Source: a candidate division FCPU426 bacterium
GTDB lineage: Bacteria; Oederibacteriota; Muellerivitia; Muellerivitales; Muellerivitaceae
Length of the DNA: 35,866 bases
Assembly: GCA_963847625.1 (NCBI GenBank)
Contig: CAWKAR010000055.1
Coordinates: 1-35,866, forward strand
Reading direction: 5' to 3'
Position 1 is the stretch's first letter. Each line of letters begins with the position of its first letter. Shown here piece by piece: positions 18,209 through 26,717 of the stretch. The position numbers and the translations under genes are program-made. The notes under the pieces were generated by a model, which was given only the letters and a program-made list of their open reading frames with translations, made no database searches and had not been told where the DNA came from.

Positions 18209-18244
18209 TAAAAGCCCGGTTCCGGAAGGAGTCGGGCTTTTTTA
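18209..18244. terminator. bidirectional intrinsic terminator
   Basis: aaaagcccg...cgggcttttttt between convergent genes. Confidence 0.8.
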
Positions 18245-18280
18245 TGCCTATTATTTCTCGCCCGTTATGGGCGTAGTCGC

Positions 18281-18466
18281 TTATCTTTTCCCGACCAATT
18301 TCTCCTGCCGGGCTTTTTCAATACGTTCCCGCAAGTCTTTTCCAAGAATTTCAGACCGCTTGTGAAATTCCGCTATCCCAAGCCTGTCAATTTCCCTGAA
18401 GAGTTTGCGTTTTATCGCCCTAATTTCCAACAGGCTTTTCGGTTCTTTATATTTAATCTTTTTCAT
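18281..18466 (-). CDS. small basic protein, putative antitoxin partner of the PIN protein
   Basis: Overlaps the 3' end of the PIN gene. Confidence 0.65.
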   Translation of the reverse strand: MKKIKYKEPKSLLEIRAIKRKLFREIDRLGIAEFHKRSEILGKDLRERIEKARQEKLVGKR

Positions 18467-18935
18467 CGCCCAAAACCTCCAACGGCGTTACCAACTGGAC
18501 AGGAAAAGTATATCCCCTTTTAATATTCAAAGCCATAACCCGGTTTCGACGACTCACGTTAGCCAAATGCCTGAAATTCCAACTTACAAGGGCATCCATT
18601 TCATAAACCGTGGCATAAGCAACATGTAAAGCGTCAAAGCCGCTTTTTTTCGGTAAAACCGCCTGGCGCAAATATTCATTCGCCAATTCATCGATTTCAG
18701 CGCGAAACGCGAGCCTTCTAGGTGTGAATTCCTCCAACAAATTTTCTACTTGCCGACGCCTTGGCGGGGGAGCCGCGATAACTTCCCGTTCAACAGCATC
18801 CGAGTAGAACAACTCGAATAAACCCAAGCGGGCTTTTTGGAAAAATTCTAAAGTTTCTTTCCGATGCTCCGGCGAATCATCCACAAAAGCGAAATTCCAA
18901 ACGGTTGTGTCTAAGTAAAGTTTTAATTTTTCCAT
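18453..18935 (-). CDS. PIN-domain protein
   Basis: LYLDTTV, DALHVAYA, LVSWNFRHL. Confidence 0.9.
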   Translation of the reverse strand: MEKLKLYLDTTVWNFAFVDDSPEHRKETLEFFQKARLGLFELFYSDAVEREVIAAPPPRRRQVENLLEEFTPRRLAFRAEIDELANEYLRQAVLPKKSGFDALHVAYATVYEMDALVSWNFRHLANVSRRNRVMALNIKRGYTFPVQLVTPLEVLGDEKD

Positions 18936-18936
18936 C

Positions 18937-19273
18937 TTAATAGTTCACAGTTAAGTCAACGGGCCTTATCAGGTCGGAAGCCGTCACCCCAAAGGCCTTG
19001 GCGACTCCGTCGATCACGTCCCAAGGTGGGGTTATAATTATTATTCTCTATGCTTATTATTGTCCCCCTGGAAACACCCGCCAATTCGGCTAATTCAACC
19101 TGCGAAAATTGTTTTTTATTCCGCAAGGTGGTTACATTCCAGGCAAGTGAAACACGAGGACTTGGATGTTTTAAGGAAGCGTAAAGGTCAGGCCGGTTCT
19201 TTTTAATACGTTCCAAAGATTCTGTTGCAGTTAAAAAATGGGGCACAAATTTCTCTTTAGGTTTTTTCTTCAT
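18937..19273 (-). pseudogene. XRE HTH protein, paralogue of 19498..19836, with +1 frameshift near 19021
   Basis: Extra base relative to the paralogue. Removing it restores DVIDGVAKAFGVTASDLIRPVDLTVNY* ending at 18937. Confidence 0.75.
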
Positions 19274-19275
19274 AA

Positions 19276-19464
19276 TTACTTCTTTGAGTTTTTTCCGGTC
19301 CAGGGTATCCCCTTAACCTTTCCTTCCATAACCGCATCGGCCCTTTCGTCAATCTCACGCGCTAACAATGCTGGAACTGCGGACTTTTCAGCGGCCTCTA
19401 TCCGGTCAACAATCTCACCTACAGTTAAATCTGACTTTCCAACCTTGATTTTATCTTTTTTTAC
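19276..19464 (-). pseudogene. addiction-module component (TIGR02574-like) lacking a normal start codon
   Basis: Open frame ...LAREIDERADAVMEGKVKGIPW...; RBS followed by GTA. Confidence 0.45.
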
Positions 19465-19497
19465 GTTTTTATCCCTTCTAGGAATTTAATTAATTCT

Positions 19498-19836
19498 CTA
19501 AAAGTTCATGGTTAAGTCAACGGGCCTTATCAGGTCGGAAGCAGTCACGCCAAAGGCCTTGGCGATCCCGTCGATCACGTCCAGGGTGGGGTTATAGGTT
19601 CCGTTCTCATCCTCAATACTGATGATGGTCCTGCTGGTAACCCCCGCCTTTTCCGCCAACTCAACCTGGGTAAATTGCTTTTTATTCCGCAAGGTGATTA
19701 CATTCCAAGCAAGGGAAATCCTGGGACCTGGATTTTTCATGGAAGCGTAAAGGTCAGGCCTTTTTTTCTTAATCCGCTTAATATCTTCTTCCAGCGAAAC
19801 ACCCGGCAAAACAAATTTTTTCAGTTGTGTTTTCAT
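19498..19836 (-). CDS. XRE HTH antitoxin/regulator
   Basis: LRNKKQFTQVELAEKAGV...NPTLD. Confidence 0.85.
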   Translation of the reverse strand: MKTQLKKFVLPGVSLEEDIKRIKKKRPDLYASMKNPGPRISLAWNVITLRNKKQFTQVELAEKAGVTSRTIISIEDENGTYNPTLDVIDGIAKAFGVTASDLIRPVDLTMNF

Positions 19837-20139
19837 TTATTCCCCCTCCAAAGCTTTGATTTCATTGAGATATTTTTGAAGCGCCTCTTTTTCCTTTACA
19901 CGGGGTTCCCCCGCCCTGGTGATGTGGGCGGTCAAAACAAAAAGTGCGTCCAATTTGAAAGACAAATAGTAATTCACGACCAAAACCCTTTTCTGTCCCT
20001 TAATGACTTTTTCGAAAAGCCGTGTCCGGTCTTTCGCGTGCGCAAGGCTTAAAACCTGAAGCCTAAAAATATCAAGTTCTTTGCTCTCCATGATGGAATC
20101 CCGGAAGTCCTGGAAAAATGGCATCAACTGTATTTTCAT
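19837..20139 (-). CDS. putative divergent RelE/HigB-like toxin
   Basis: Size and position directly upstream of the XRE gene; weak motif support. Confidence 0.5.
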   Translation of the reverse strand: MKIQLMPFFQDFRDSIMESKELDIFRLQVLSLAHAKDRTRLFEKVIKGQKRVLVVNYYLSFKLDALFVLTAHITRAGEPRVKEKEALQKYLNEIKALEGE

Positions 20140-20158
20140 TCAAATCCCTTCATGACTC

Positions 20159-20187
20159 ATTATATGAAATATACTTCACATTGCCAA
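20159..20187 (-). promoter_or_regulatory. sigma70 promoter with operator in the spacer
   Basis: TTGGCA-N17-TATAAT; imperfect palindrome TGAAGTATATTTCA. Confidence 0.7.
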
Positions 20188-20280
20188 GAAAAAAAGGGTC
20201 TTTATCAATTTAAGGAGAACCAAGAAACGTAGAAGGGCTTCCTGCCCCAAGGGCTGATGGCTCCACCGCATCGAAAAAAA

Positions 20281-20682
20281 CTATCTAATCCACTTTACCT
20301 TGATTTCCTTTTCAACCGATTTGAATTCCTTGTCCCCTGTTACTAGGTGGGCGTTTTTAAGTTTCGCCGTGGCGGCGGCGTAAGCGTCGGCGTATGACAT
20401 CTTATGAGATCCTTTGAATCTCGCCGCAATAAGGGTCAATTCCCTATCCACGTCCATAACCTGGATATCCAATTCCGAAAGCGTGTTTTGATACAAAAAT
20501 GCCCTTTCTTCCCCACCCTCCCGGAAAGCCGTGTACCAAACTTCCCCCCAATTCACGACACAAAGAAAAGCCTCGGCCTGTCCGTCCGCGACTTCATCTA
20601 AAATGGAAATTACGGTTTCCTTGCCTTCTTCACCTTCCAGGTAGGCAATGAGCGAATGGGCATCCAGAACGTAATGTTTCAA
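20281..20682 (-). CDS. vapC: VapC-type PIN toxin
   Basis: YVLDAHSLIA, MSYADAY, LVTGDKEF. Confidence 0.9.
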   Translation of the reverse strand: MKHYVLDAHSLIAYLEGEEGKETVISILDEVADGQAEAFLCVVNWGEVWYTAFREGGEERAFLYQNTLSELDIQVMDVDRELTLIAARFKGSHKMSYADAYAAATAKLKNAHLVTGDKEFKSVEKEIKVKWIR

Positions 20683-20909
20683 AACTCACGCTCGGCTTTC
20701 TTATCCTCCGCCAAAAGCTTCAAGAGTTTTCCCTTTGTCCCGAGTATCCCGCAGTTTTTCCTAATCAAATCCTTGGTCATGGGAACCAAGCGGATTTCCC
20801 CGTCTCTCTCAAAAAATTTGACGGATGTTCCCTTTTTGATTCCGTATTTATCCCTGAATTCGACCGGGATGACCACCTGCCCTTTTTCTGAAACGTGTGT
20901 AATCTGCAT
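20679..20909 (-). CDS. AbrB/MazE-type antitoxin
   Basis: VSEKGQVVIPVEFRDKYGI. Confidence 0.9.
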   Translation of the reverse strand: MQITHVSEKGQVVIPVEFRDKYGIKKGTSVKFFERDGEIRLVPMTKDLIRKNCGILGTKGKLLKLLAEDKKAEREF

Positions 20910-20921
20910 AAAACCCCCCAA

Positions 20922-20969
20922 AAAGTAAAACTATTAATTAAAGTATAACTTATTTATAAAGTAATACTT
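20922..20969. promoter_or_regulatory. probable autoregulatory operator array
   Basis: Three AAAGTA(A/T)(A/T)ACT repeats at 18-bp spacing upstream of the antitoxin. Confidence 0.55.
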
Positions 20970-21035
20970 ATTGGAAACATTGTCAATGATATTTCCATTT
21001 TTGCCATTTAGCGGTTCTCATTAATGAGAGCGGCA

Positions 21036-21212
21036 CTAACCCTTATGCTCTTTTAAATAAACATTCCTTATGATCCCCAAATTCCCCACCTTGCCGCATT
21101 TAGTACAAGTAACTTTCCAACGGTCGCTTCGATGGTTGAACCGGTTACCGCATTCACAAATGATAACCAAGTAGTTGATGACTTGGGTCCAAAACACATC
21201 GACGATTCGCAT
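21036..21212 (-). CDS. 58-aa zinc-ribbon protein (absent from the ORF track)
   Basis: MRIVDVFW...CECG...CTKCG...; GGGGTG RBS; directly follows module A. Confidence 0.65.
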   Translation of the reverse strand: MRIVDVFWTQVINYLVIICECGNRFNHRSDRWKVTCTKCGKVGNLGIIRNVYLKEHKG

Positions 21213-21237
21213 CAGTTCACCCCGGCTATTAGTTTAA

Positions 21238-22325
21238 AGGAGAGAGCACCCTCCGGGTGCGCCCCCTCACAAAATCCTTGGGGCGCAAACGGAGCACAAA
21301 GAGGTGTTGGCTATGGAAAACCGAGGCCTGGGGGGAAGTGCGTCGTTGGTTTAAGCATTATTGGGGGAAAAGACAAAACATCCGTGAGGCCGGATCAGCG
21401 AGGAACGAAGCCCGGCCAGGGGGAGAGGAAAGGCGCTGACCGTTCCCGCGATGTTTATCCGTCCTCGCCCACAACCCCTGTGTTGAGACTTCAAGTCGAA
21501 ACACGAGACTTGGTTGTGCCGAATCATTAATACAAAGATTCGGTAAAGAGGGACGACGATTGATAATGCCAACTCTATAAGAGTTGGTGACGTCGCCCCA
21601 GGGGAGGTTTTCTTCAAGTATCTTTTGTTAAGAGGGTGGGGAAGTGCAACACCCGAAAAACCCGACCGGTGAAACCGGAAGCTGAAAAGCTTTTTCCCGA
21701 GAACGGATTCTGTACGGCGCGATTTTGTCTTGCGACGGACAGTATCCGGTCGAGGGATAGGGGTTTTGAGGAACCGCCACACCCTTACGGCTTCCGGTTG
21801 AGAGGGGAGTCCAATCGGCGGGGGGCTATCCCATTCGGGCAACGCCGGGACCCGAATGGGGGTGGAACCGCCGCTTGGAAGAGGCTCTCCAACCGAGCCG
21901 AAAGGGAACTGCTTCAACATGAAAGGGAATAACCAAGAACCAATAGGGATAGAGGCCCTTTGGGCCGGCCAAGTGGGAGGGCGGGGAATTGAAAGGGCGA
22001 AAGCCCACCTGCCTTGAGGCTTATTATCCGCCCTCACCCACCAGGTGAGGGGCGACGATTGATAATGCCAACTCAATGCAAGTTGGTACAAGCCGAAATG
22101 CGAGTCTTGGTTGTGCCGGTTCCATTAAGAACCGGCGCAATGGAAAGGGGTGTGGGAGAGATCACCCGAAGCGAAGCGTAGGGAAGCTCGACCCAGGGGG
22201 AAGGCCCGCCTGTGGCGAAACCTCAAGTTAAGACACAAGTTTAGGCTGTGCCGGTTCCAGAAAGAACCGGCTCGGGGCAGGGAAGGGGTGAAGTTCCTTT
22301 CCCCGCCCTGCCCCGTTTCCCCCAC
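21238..22325 (+). repeat. 1.1-kb structured non-coding region (A, B with nested D, unique hairpins, D with nested B, D)
   Basis: Repeat identity with the other copies; dense hairpins; no credible ORF. Confidence 0.85.
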
Positions 22326-22327
22326 TG

Positions 22328-22534
22328 CTAGACTTTAAAACGCGGTGCTTGCTCAAAGCAAGTATCGGATATTTTCCAAACCTCATCGCGCTTCATATTT
22401 GAATCTTTAACCTTAACTAGGCAAACATCATAGGGAACATTAGTAATTGTTTTTGCGACGCCTAATGACTGAAAAATACCGTAACGCCCTGTGTTAATAT
22501 TAAAAACCACATCACCCTTCTTAACCTTCGACAT
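22328..22534 (-). CDS. hypothetical protein (SH3/KOW-like start)
   Basis: GGAGG RBS; VKKGDVV. Confidence 0.6.
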   Translation of the reverse strand: MSKVKKGDVVFNINTGRYGIFQSLGVAKTITNVPYDVCLVKVKDSNMKRDEVWKISDTCFEQAPRFKV

Positions 22535-22826
22535 AGTAACCTCCGAAAAGTGAACCTTAAAAATCAATCAAATAGAACGGTCCGCCAAGAATGGAAGGAA
22601 TACTTCTGTATTCCTTTTTAACCAATAAATTGAAGCCATGTAAACTTGTAAAGGAAAGAAAAAATCCACAGAGAAATAGGCCTCTAAGTAAAAAATCGAC
22701 CCAGAAAACGGAAAATGGAATGAAATTCCAAAATTTTCCGGAGAAAACTAAGGTAAGAAGTTGTTTTTTGAAAAGTGCTCTAAGAGCATTTGCATATAGT
22801 TCTTAACAACTTCTATTTTGTCAAGA

Positions 22827-22854
22827 ATTTCATATAACAACGTTTATATGAAAT
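22827..22854. other. dif-like (Xer-type) site
   Basis: ATTTCATATAA-CAACGT-TTATATGAAAT; right arm 9/11 identical to the XerD arm TTATGTTAAAT. Confidence 0.55.
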
Positions 22855-22947
22855 CCGGGGAAGGGCTATTTGCTTTCAACGACGGCCAAAAAATCCTTAA
22901 CTCCTCTTTTGCTTACCTTTCCGTTTTCATGGAATTCCAAAACACTT

Positions 22948-23205
22948 TTATTTCCCCTTAAAGAGGGCCCACGATTCCTCGGCGATTTCTTCGAACGTCT
23001 TGGCCGTAAGGCCTTCGCCACCGGAATCTTCCGCCTGGAACTCATCCCGGAGAATCCAAGCGCCCCTGACCAACTCGTAAACCTTGCACCTTTTGGTCCC
23101 CCGGACTAAACCCGCGAAAAGTTGGAGGATCTCCATTCGGTAGTTGTTGCCTTGAATCAGCCGCTCCTCGGTGTAGAGAAGTTTTAACTTTTCCATCTTA
23201 GCCAC
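22948..23205 (-). CDS. hypothetical protein
   Basis: 85-aa ORF between the two dif-like sites. Confidence 0.55.
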   Translation of the reverse strand: MAKMEKLKLLYTEERLIQGNNYRMEILQLFAGLVRGTKRCKVYELVRGAWILRDEFQAEDSGGEGLTAKTFEEIAEESWALFKGK

Positions 23206-23242
23206 ACCTTCTAGGTCATTTTGTCAGTATTGTTGTCAAGAA

Positions 23243-23270
23243 TTTTGGTATAACCGTTATTATAGGAAAT
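23243..23270. other. second dif-like site
   Basis: TTTTGGTATAA-CCGTTA-TTATAGGAAAT. Confidence 0.45.
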
Positions 23271-23338
23271 TTATTCGCGGGGAATTCTTTTGAAAAATCT
23301 TCTTCATTCGTTTCTTCCTCGTATGAAAAGATTTTTCT

Positions 23339-23557
23339 TTACGTCTCCACGCTTGGAACCAAGGTTACTTCATTCAGAATCATAGGTAGTTTTACTACGC
23401 ACTCATCGCACTTCGACGGTTTAATTACCGCATCCGATTCCAAGCCTTTGCCCTCAACTTCTTCCAATTTGAACCTTTTGCAAAGGCTCCTTTCAGCGTC
23501 TTTTAAAAAATAGTGATAAAAGCCTCTTTCGTCACAACACAAAATTTTATGCCACAT
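23339..23557 (-). CDS. Cys/His-containing hypothetical protein
   Basis: AGGAGG RBS; HY...SLC...CDEC. Confidence 0.65.
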   Translation of the reverse strand: MWHKILCCDERGFYHYFLKDAERSLCKRFKLEEVEGKGLESDAVIKPSKCDECVVKLPMILNEVTLVPSVET

Positions 23558-23785
23558 CGTTTAAATCCTCCTTCAATGAGGATTCCCGGTACGGGAATCT
23601 ACCTTCAAGGCCTGGCCAAGCCAGGCCCCATTTCACCGCTCATGAGTGAAATGATCTTCTAGGGGAATCTCCAAAGGGGCGAAGCCCCCTTTGGAATCCC
23701 CGTGGGGATAATAGGGGCAAGGTTTCCCAAGTATGGGAAACCTACGGAAGGGTATCTTTATTTCTTTCATACTAATAATACTTTC

Positions 23786-23926
23786 ATCAAAAAATCATAA
23801 AATCATGCTAAACGTTTCACACGCCCGACCCCACTCAGTCGAATTGCAGAACAAAGTGATGCAGAGTGAGTGGGGTCGGGCGCGTGAAACATCATGTTTA
23901 GCATGATTTTATATAGTTTTTTTGAT
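23786..23926. other. long imperfect palindrome, candidate oriT
   Basis: Arms ataaaatcatgctaaac..gtttcacacgcccgaccccactca and its near-complement, just downstream of the relaxase. Confidence 0.45.
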
Positions 23927-23977
23927 ACAAAAGAGTTCGCACGGTACGAACCGTTTAGAATTGCTCTTAGAGCACTT

Positions 23978-24814
23978 TTATAACTTATTTGACAAATCAT
24001 TGGTTAATTTATCCGTTTTTATCGGCCTAAAAGCCGTAAAAAAAGGTTCGGAAATCGCCTTTTCAAAATAGCTTATTAGCCAGGGCGTATTGAAAGCGAA
24101 TTTTCTTTTTGTACTTGTTATCGCTCCAACGATTCCCATTTCGAGCAGTTCAATCCTTTTTTGATCCCTGCATACCAGTACTTTCGTGGCATCCGGGTAT
24201 TCCCTTTCAAGGTGGTCCACCACCGAAAAAATCCTATCCCTTGAATAAGGGAAGTGTTCGTATTCAAGTACGAAAGGTTTTGATTCACCTTTGACCACCG
24301 CATCGAAATATCCGTCAGGGTATCTTAGTTTTTGATCCTTCGGGTTGGGTTTCCATTCTTTCAAGAATTCCTTTCGCTTTTCAACTCCGGAATCCCTGTA
24401 GTAATTCCATTTAGTCTCCCGGTTGATGCCCTGCATAAACTCAAAATCCGTCACAAAAAAAACGTCATCAAAATCAGGGTTGGACTCAAAGGAAATCCTT
24501 AATTCCGTGACCCTTTCGTGGTGTTGTTGGGTTCTAAGGCTTATCTTGGCGGGGCGCAAGTTCTTGGCCAATAGCAAGTAACTTTCCGTGAGTTCCTTGA
24601 TGGCCGAATCCGTAAGCACGTAAATCATTTTGAAAAATTTACTGGTTTGGAAAGGTTTTAAATAACCCTTTTCAGCGTAAAATTTAAGCTGTTTTTGCGC
24701 CATCCTCATTGACTTGTTTTTGAAGTATTTTTGGTGGAAAAGAAGGGGCGTAATGTTCCTGTTGCTGTGAATAAATACGAGTTTTTCCAAATCGGACGGC
24801 CTAAGATTTTTCAT
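23978..24814 (-). CDS. Replic_Relax (MobC-like) relaxase
   Basis: N-terminal wHTH-like region, QHH, YPDG, VLEYE; directly downstream of the coupling protein. Confidence 0.65.
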   Translation of the reverse strand: MKNLRPSDLEKLVFIHSNRNITPLLFHQKYFKNKSMRMAQKQLKFYAEKGYLKPFQTSKFFKMIYVLTDSAIKELTESYLLLAKNLRPAKISLRTQQHHERVTELRISFESNPDFDDVFFVTDFEFMQGINRETKWNYYRDSGVEKRKEFLKEWKPNPKDQKLRYPDGYFDAVVKGESKPFVLEYEHFPYSRDRIFSVVDHLEREYPDATKVLVCRDQKRIELLEMGIVGAITSTKRKFAFNTPWLISYFEKAISEPFFTAFRPIKTDKLTNDLSNKL

Positions 24815-24821
24815 TCTTTTC

Positions 24822-26717
24822 TTACGGTTCTTTTTCCAATGGTTTCGGCTTGCGTTGGTTTTTAATTTCCTTCTTCAACTTCTCCATGTTTTGGAAAACA
24901 GGATCCTTCTGGAAAGCTGGTTTTCCCTGCTCCGATATCTCGATTTTAGGAATTTTAACCGGTCTTTTATAGGGCAAACTTTTTTCGGGTTGATCCTTGT
25001 TGTAATTCTTGAGCCCCACTACGTCCATGAAATCAAAAGTAGCCGGCACGGCCGGGGCCATGTCGAATTGAAGCTTGAACCGCGCAATCCCCTTCTTGTA
25101 AGTCAGAAGGCAAATGGCTTCTCCTTTTTTCAGGTTCTTGAATTCATCCGGGGGCATTATGAATTCTTTGTCCCTCTCCTTTATCGTCGCTCCCGCTTCT
25201 TGCTCGCCCCCCAAGATACCCGCGTTGGTCCTGACGGATCGCACCCGGTAAGCTTCGGCTGTTTGAGTCCCCACGATTTTCGCGCAACGGTCGGCCGTTT
25301 CGTCGGACATGATCCTGAAAAAGATCTTGGTCGTGGTGTTGTCAAGGATGGCTTCCTGGAAGGCGGGGCCTCCCGCCCTCAGGAGATCCCCCAGGCTTTG
25401 GTGCCCCAAATGGACCCCGATATCCGTGCTTCTCACCTTCTCGACGATATCCTCGAAGCCCGGATAGGCAATCGACGAAAATTCGTCCAGGAAAAAATCG
25501 AAAGGAATCCTTTGCGGTTTTTCCGACCGCCGCCCGGCCTCGCCCATCAACCCGATTAAGAACGCGCAACTTATTTTCCGGTAATCGACGGGGAACAAAA
25601 GCGCGGCCGCGCCAAAGTGGAAAATCTTGTTCGTTTGGACTATTTCCGAAATCAGGTAGTTGGGGGTCTTGGAATTCAATAACGGAGCCCACGCCCCCGT
25701 CACGAACGACGAGAGCAGGTTTAAAAGCCCGGAAAGGACGTACCGGCGTTCCTGGGCCGACATGGCGGACCAATGCTGTTTGAAATATTGCGCCTCCAAG
25801 GTTTCGGGGTATTTATCGCATAAGGCCCTGACGGACTCGAAGGACTCGATTTCGTTTGCTACGACTTGATAGTAGTCGAAATAAGTGATCACCGGGAATT
25901 CGCGCAGGAACAACCCGGTGAGGTTTTTTATGAATTCCTTCCCCGAGTTCTCGAAAAAATCGTCCTTGGTCTTGTTCATGAAATAAACGGACTGCCTGGC
26001 GATGTTGGTCACCAGGTCCACGTCCGGGACCATCTGCCCCTCGCCGTTGTCCTTGAACCAGGCCAACGGGTTGATTTTCGGGCTCCTATCGGGGTAACGC
26101 AAATCAAAAGGGATGAAGTCAGATATTCTCCCGGCTTCCTGGGCGTAGTACGCCATCATCGGCAGTTCCTCGCTCTTGGCGTCGAAAGAAAAGCATCCTT
26201 TGCCCTGTTTAATGGCCTGGTACTTGGCGTTGTGGAAATACGAGACGGATTTGCCGCTCCCGGACTTCCCGATCACCTGGACGTGCTCGACCACCTGCTT
26301 CGTCGTAATCCAGTGGTTCCCTTCCTCGCTTAAGCAAATGGGATAGAGTCCCAATTCATCGGGAAACGCCTTGGGCTCGTTCTTTTTAGCCGGAACTTTT
26401 CCCAAGAGCATATATAGGGCTAGGGCGGTAACGACCAAAGCGATTATCGAGATAATGGCCGTGAAAGGATTTTCCGGAAGGACGGAAAAAGCGTGCCTTA
26501 AAAAAAGTACCGCCGGGCATACTGCCGCCGATTTTTGAAGGGGGGATAGGTTTTTATTTTTCCCAAGCCGGAAAGAAGCGTATAAAGCCAAAAAAGTGGT
26601 TATGGGATCCAAAAAACCCAAGCCCTGGGAGTAAACCCCAAGAGCTTCCAATACATAAATAATCGCTGAATAACCGCCAAGGACCCAAATAAGGATCGAA
26701 TAGACTTCAGACAGCAT
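24822..26717 (-). CDS. type IV coupling protein (VirD4/TraD family)
   Basis: N-terminal TM helices, GKSGSGKS, FDAK, FFLDEF, HQSLGDL. Confidence 0.9.
   Translation of the reverse strand: MLSEVYSILIWVLGGYSAIIYVLEALGVYSQGLGFLDPITTFLALYASFRLGKNKNLSPLQKSAAVCPAVLFLRHAFSVLPENPFTAIISIIALVVTALALYMLLGKVPAKKNEPKAFPDELGLYPICLSEEGNHWITTKQVVEHVQVIGKSGSGKSVSYFHNAKYQAIKQGKGCFSFDAKSEELPMMAYYAQEAGRISDFIPFDLRYPDRSPKINPLAWFKDNGEGQMVPDVDLVTNIARQSVYFMNKTKDDFFENSGKEFIKNLTGLFLREFPVITYFDYYQVVANEIESFESVRALCDKYPETLEAQYFKQHWSAMSAQERRYVLSGLLNLLSSFVTGAWAPLLNSKTPNYLISEIVQTNKIFHFGAAALLFPVDYRKISCAFLIGLMGEAGRRSEKPQRIPFDFFLDEFSSIAYPGFEDIVEKVRSTDIGVHLGHQSLGDLLRAGGPAFQEAILDNTTTKIFFRIMSDETADRCAKIVGTQTAEAYRVRSVRTNAGILGGEQEAGATIKERDKEFIMPPDEFKNLKKGEAICLLTYKKGIARFKLQFDMAPAVPATFDFMDVVGLKNYNKDQPEKSLPYKRPVKIPKIEISEQGKPAFQKDPVFQNMEKLKKEIKNQRKPKPLEKEP

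Noticed and set aside
20160..20170. Third dif-like arm TTATATGAAAT
   Set aside because: No partner arm; explained by the -10 box and operator of the TA promoter.
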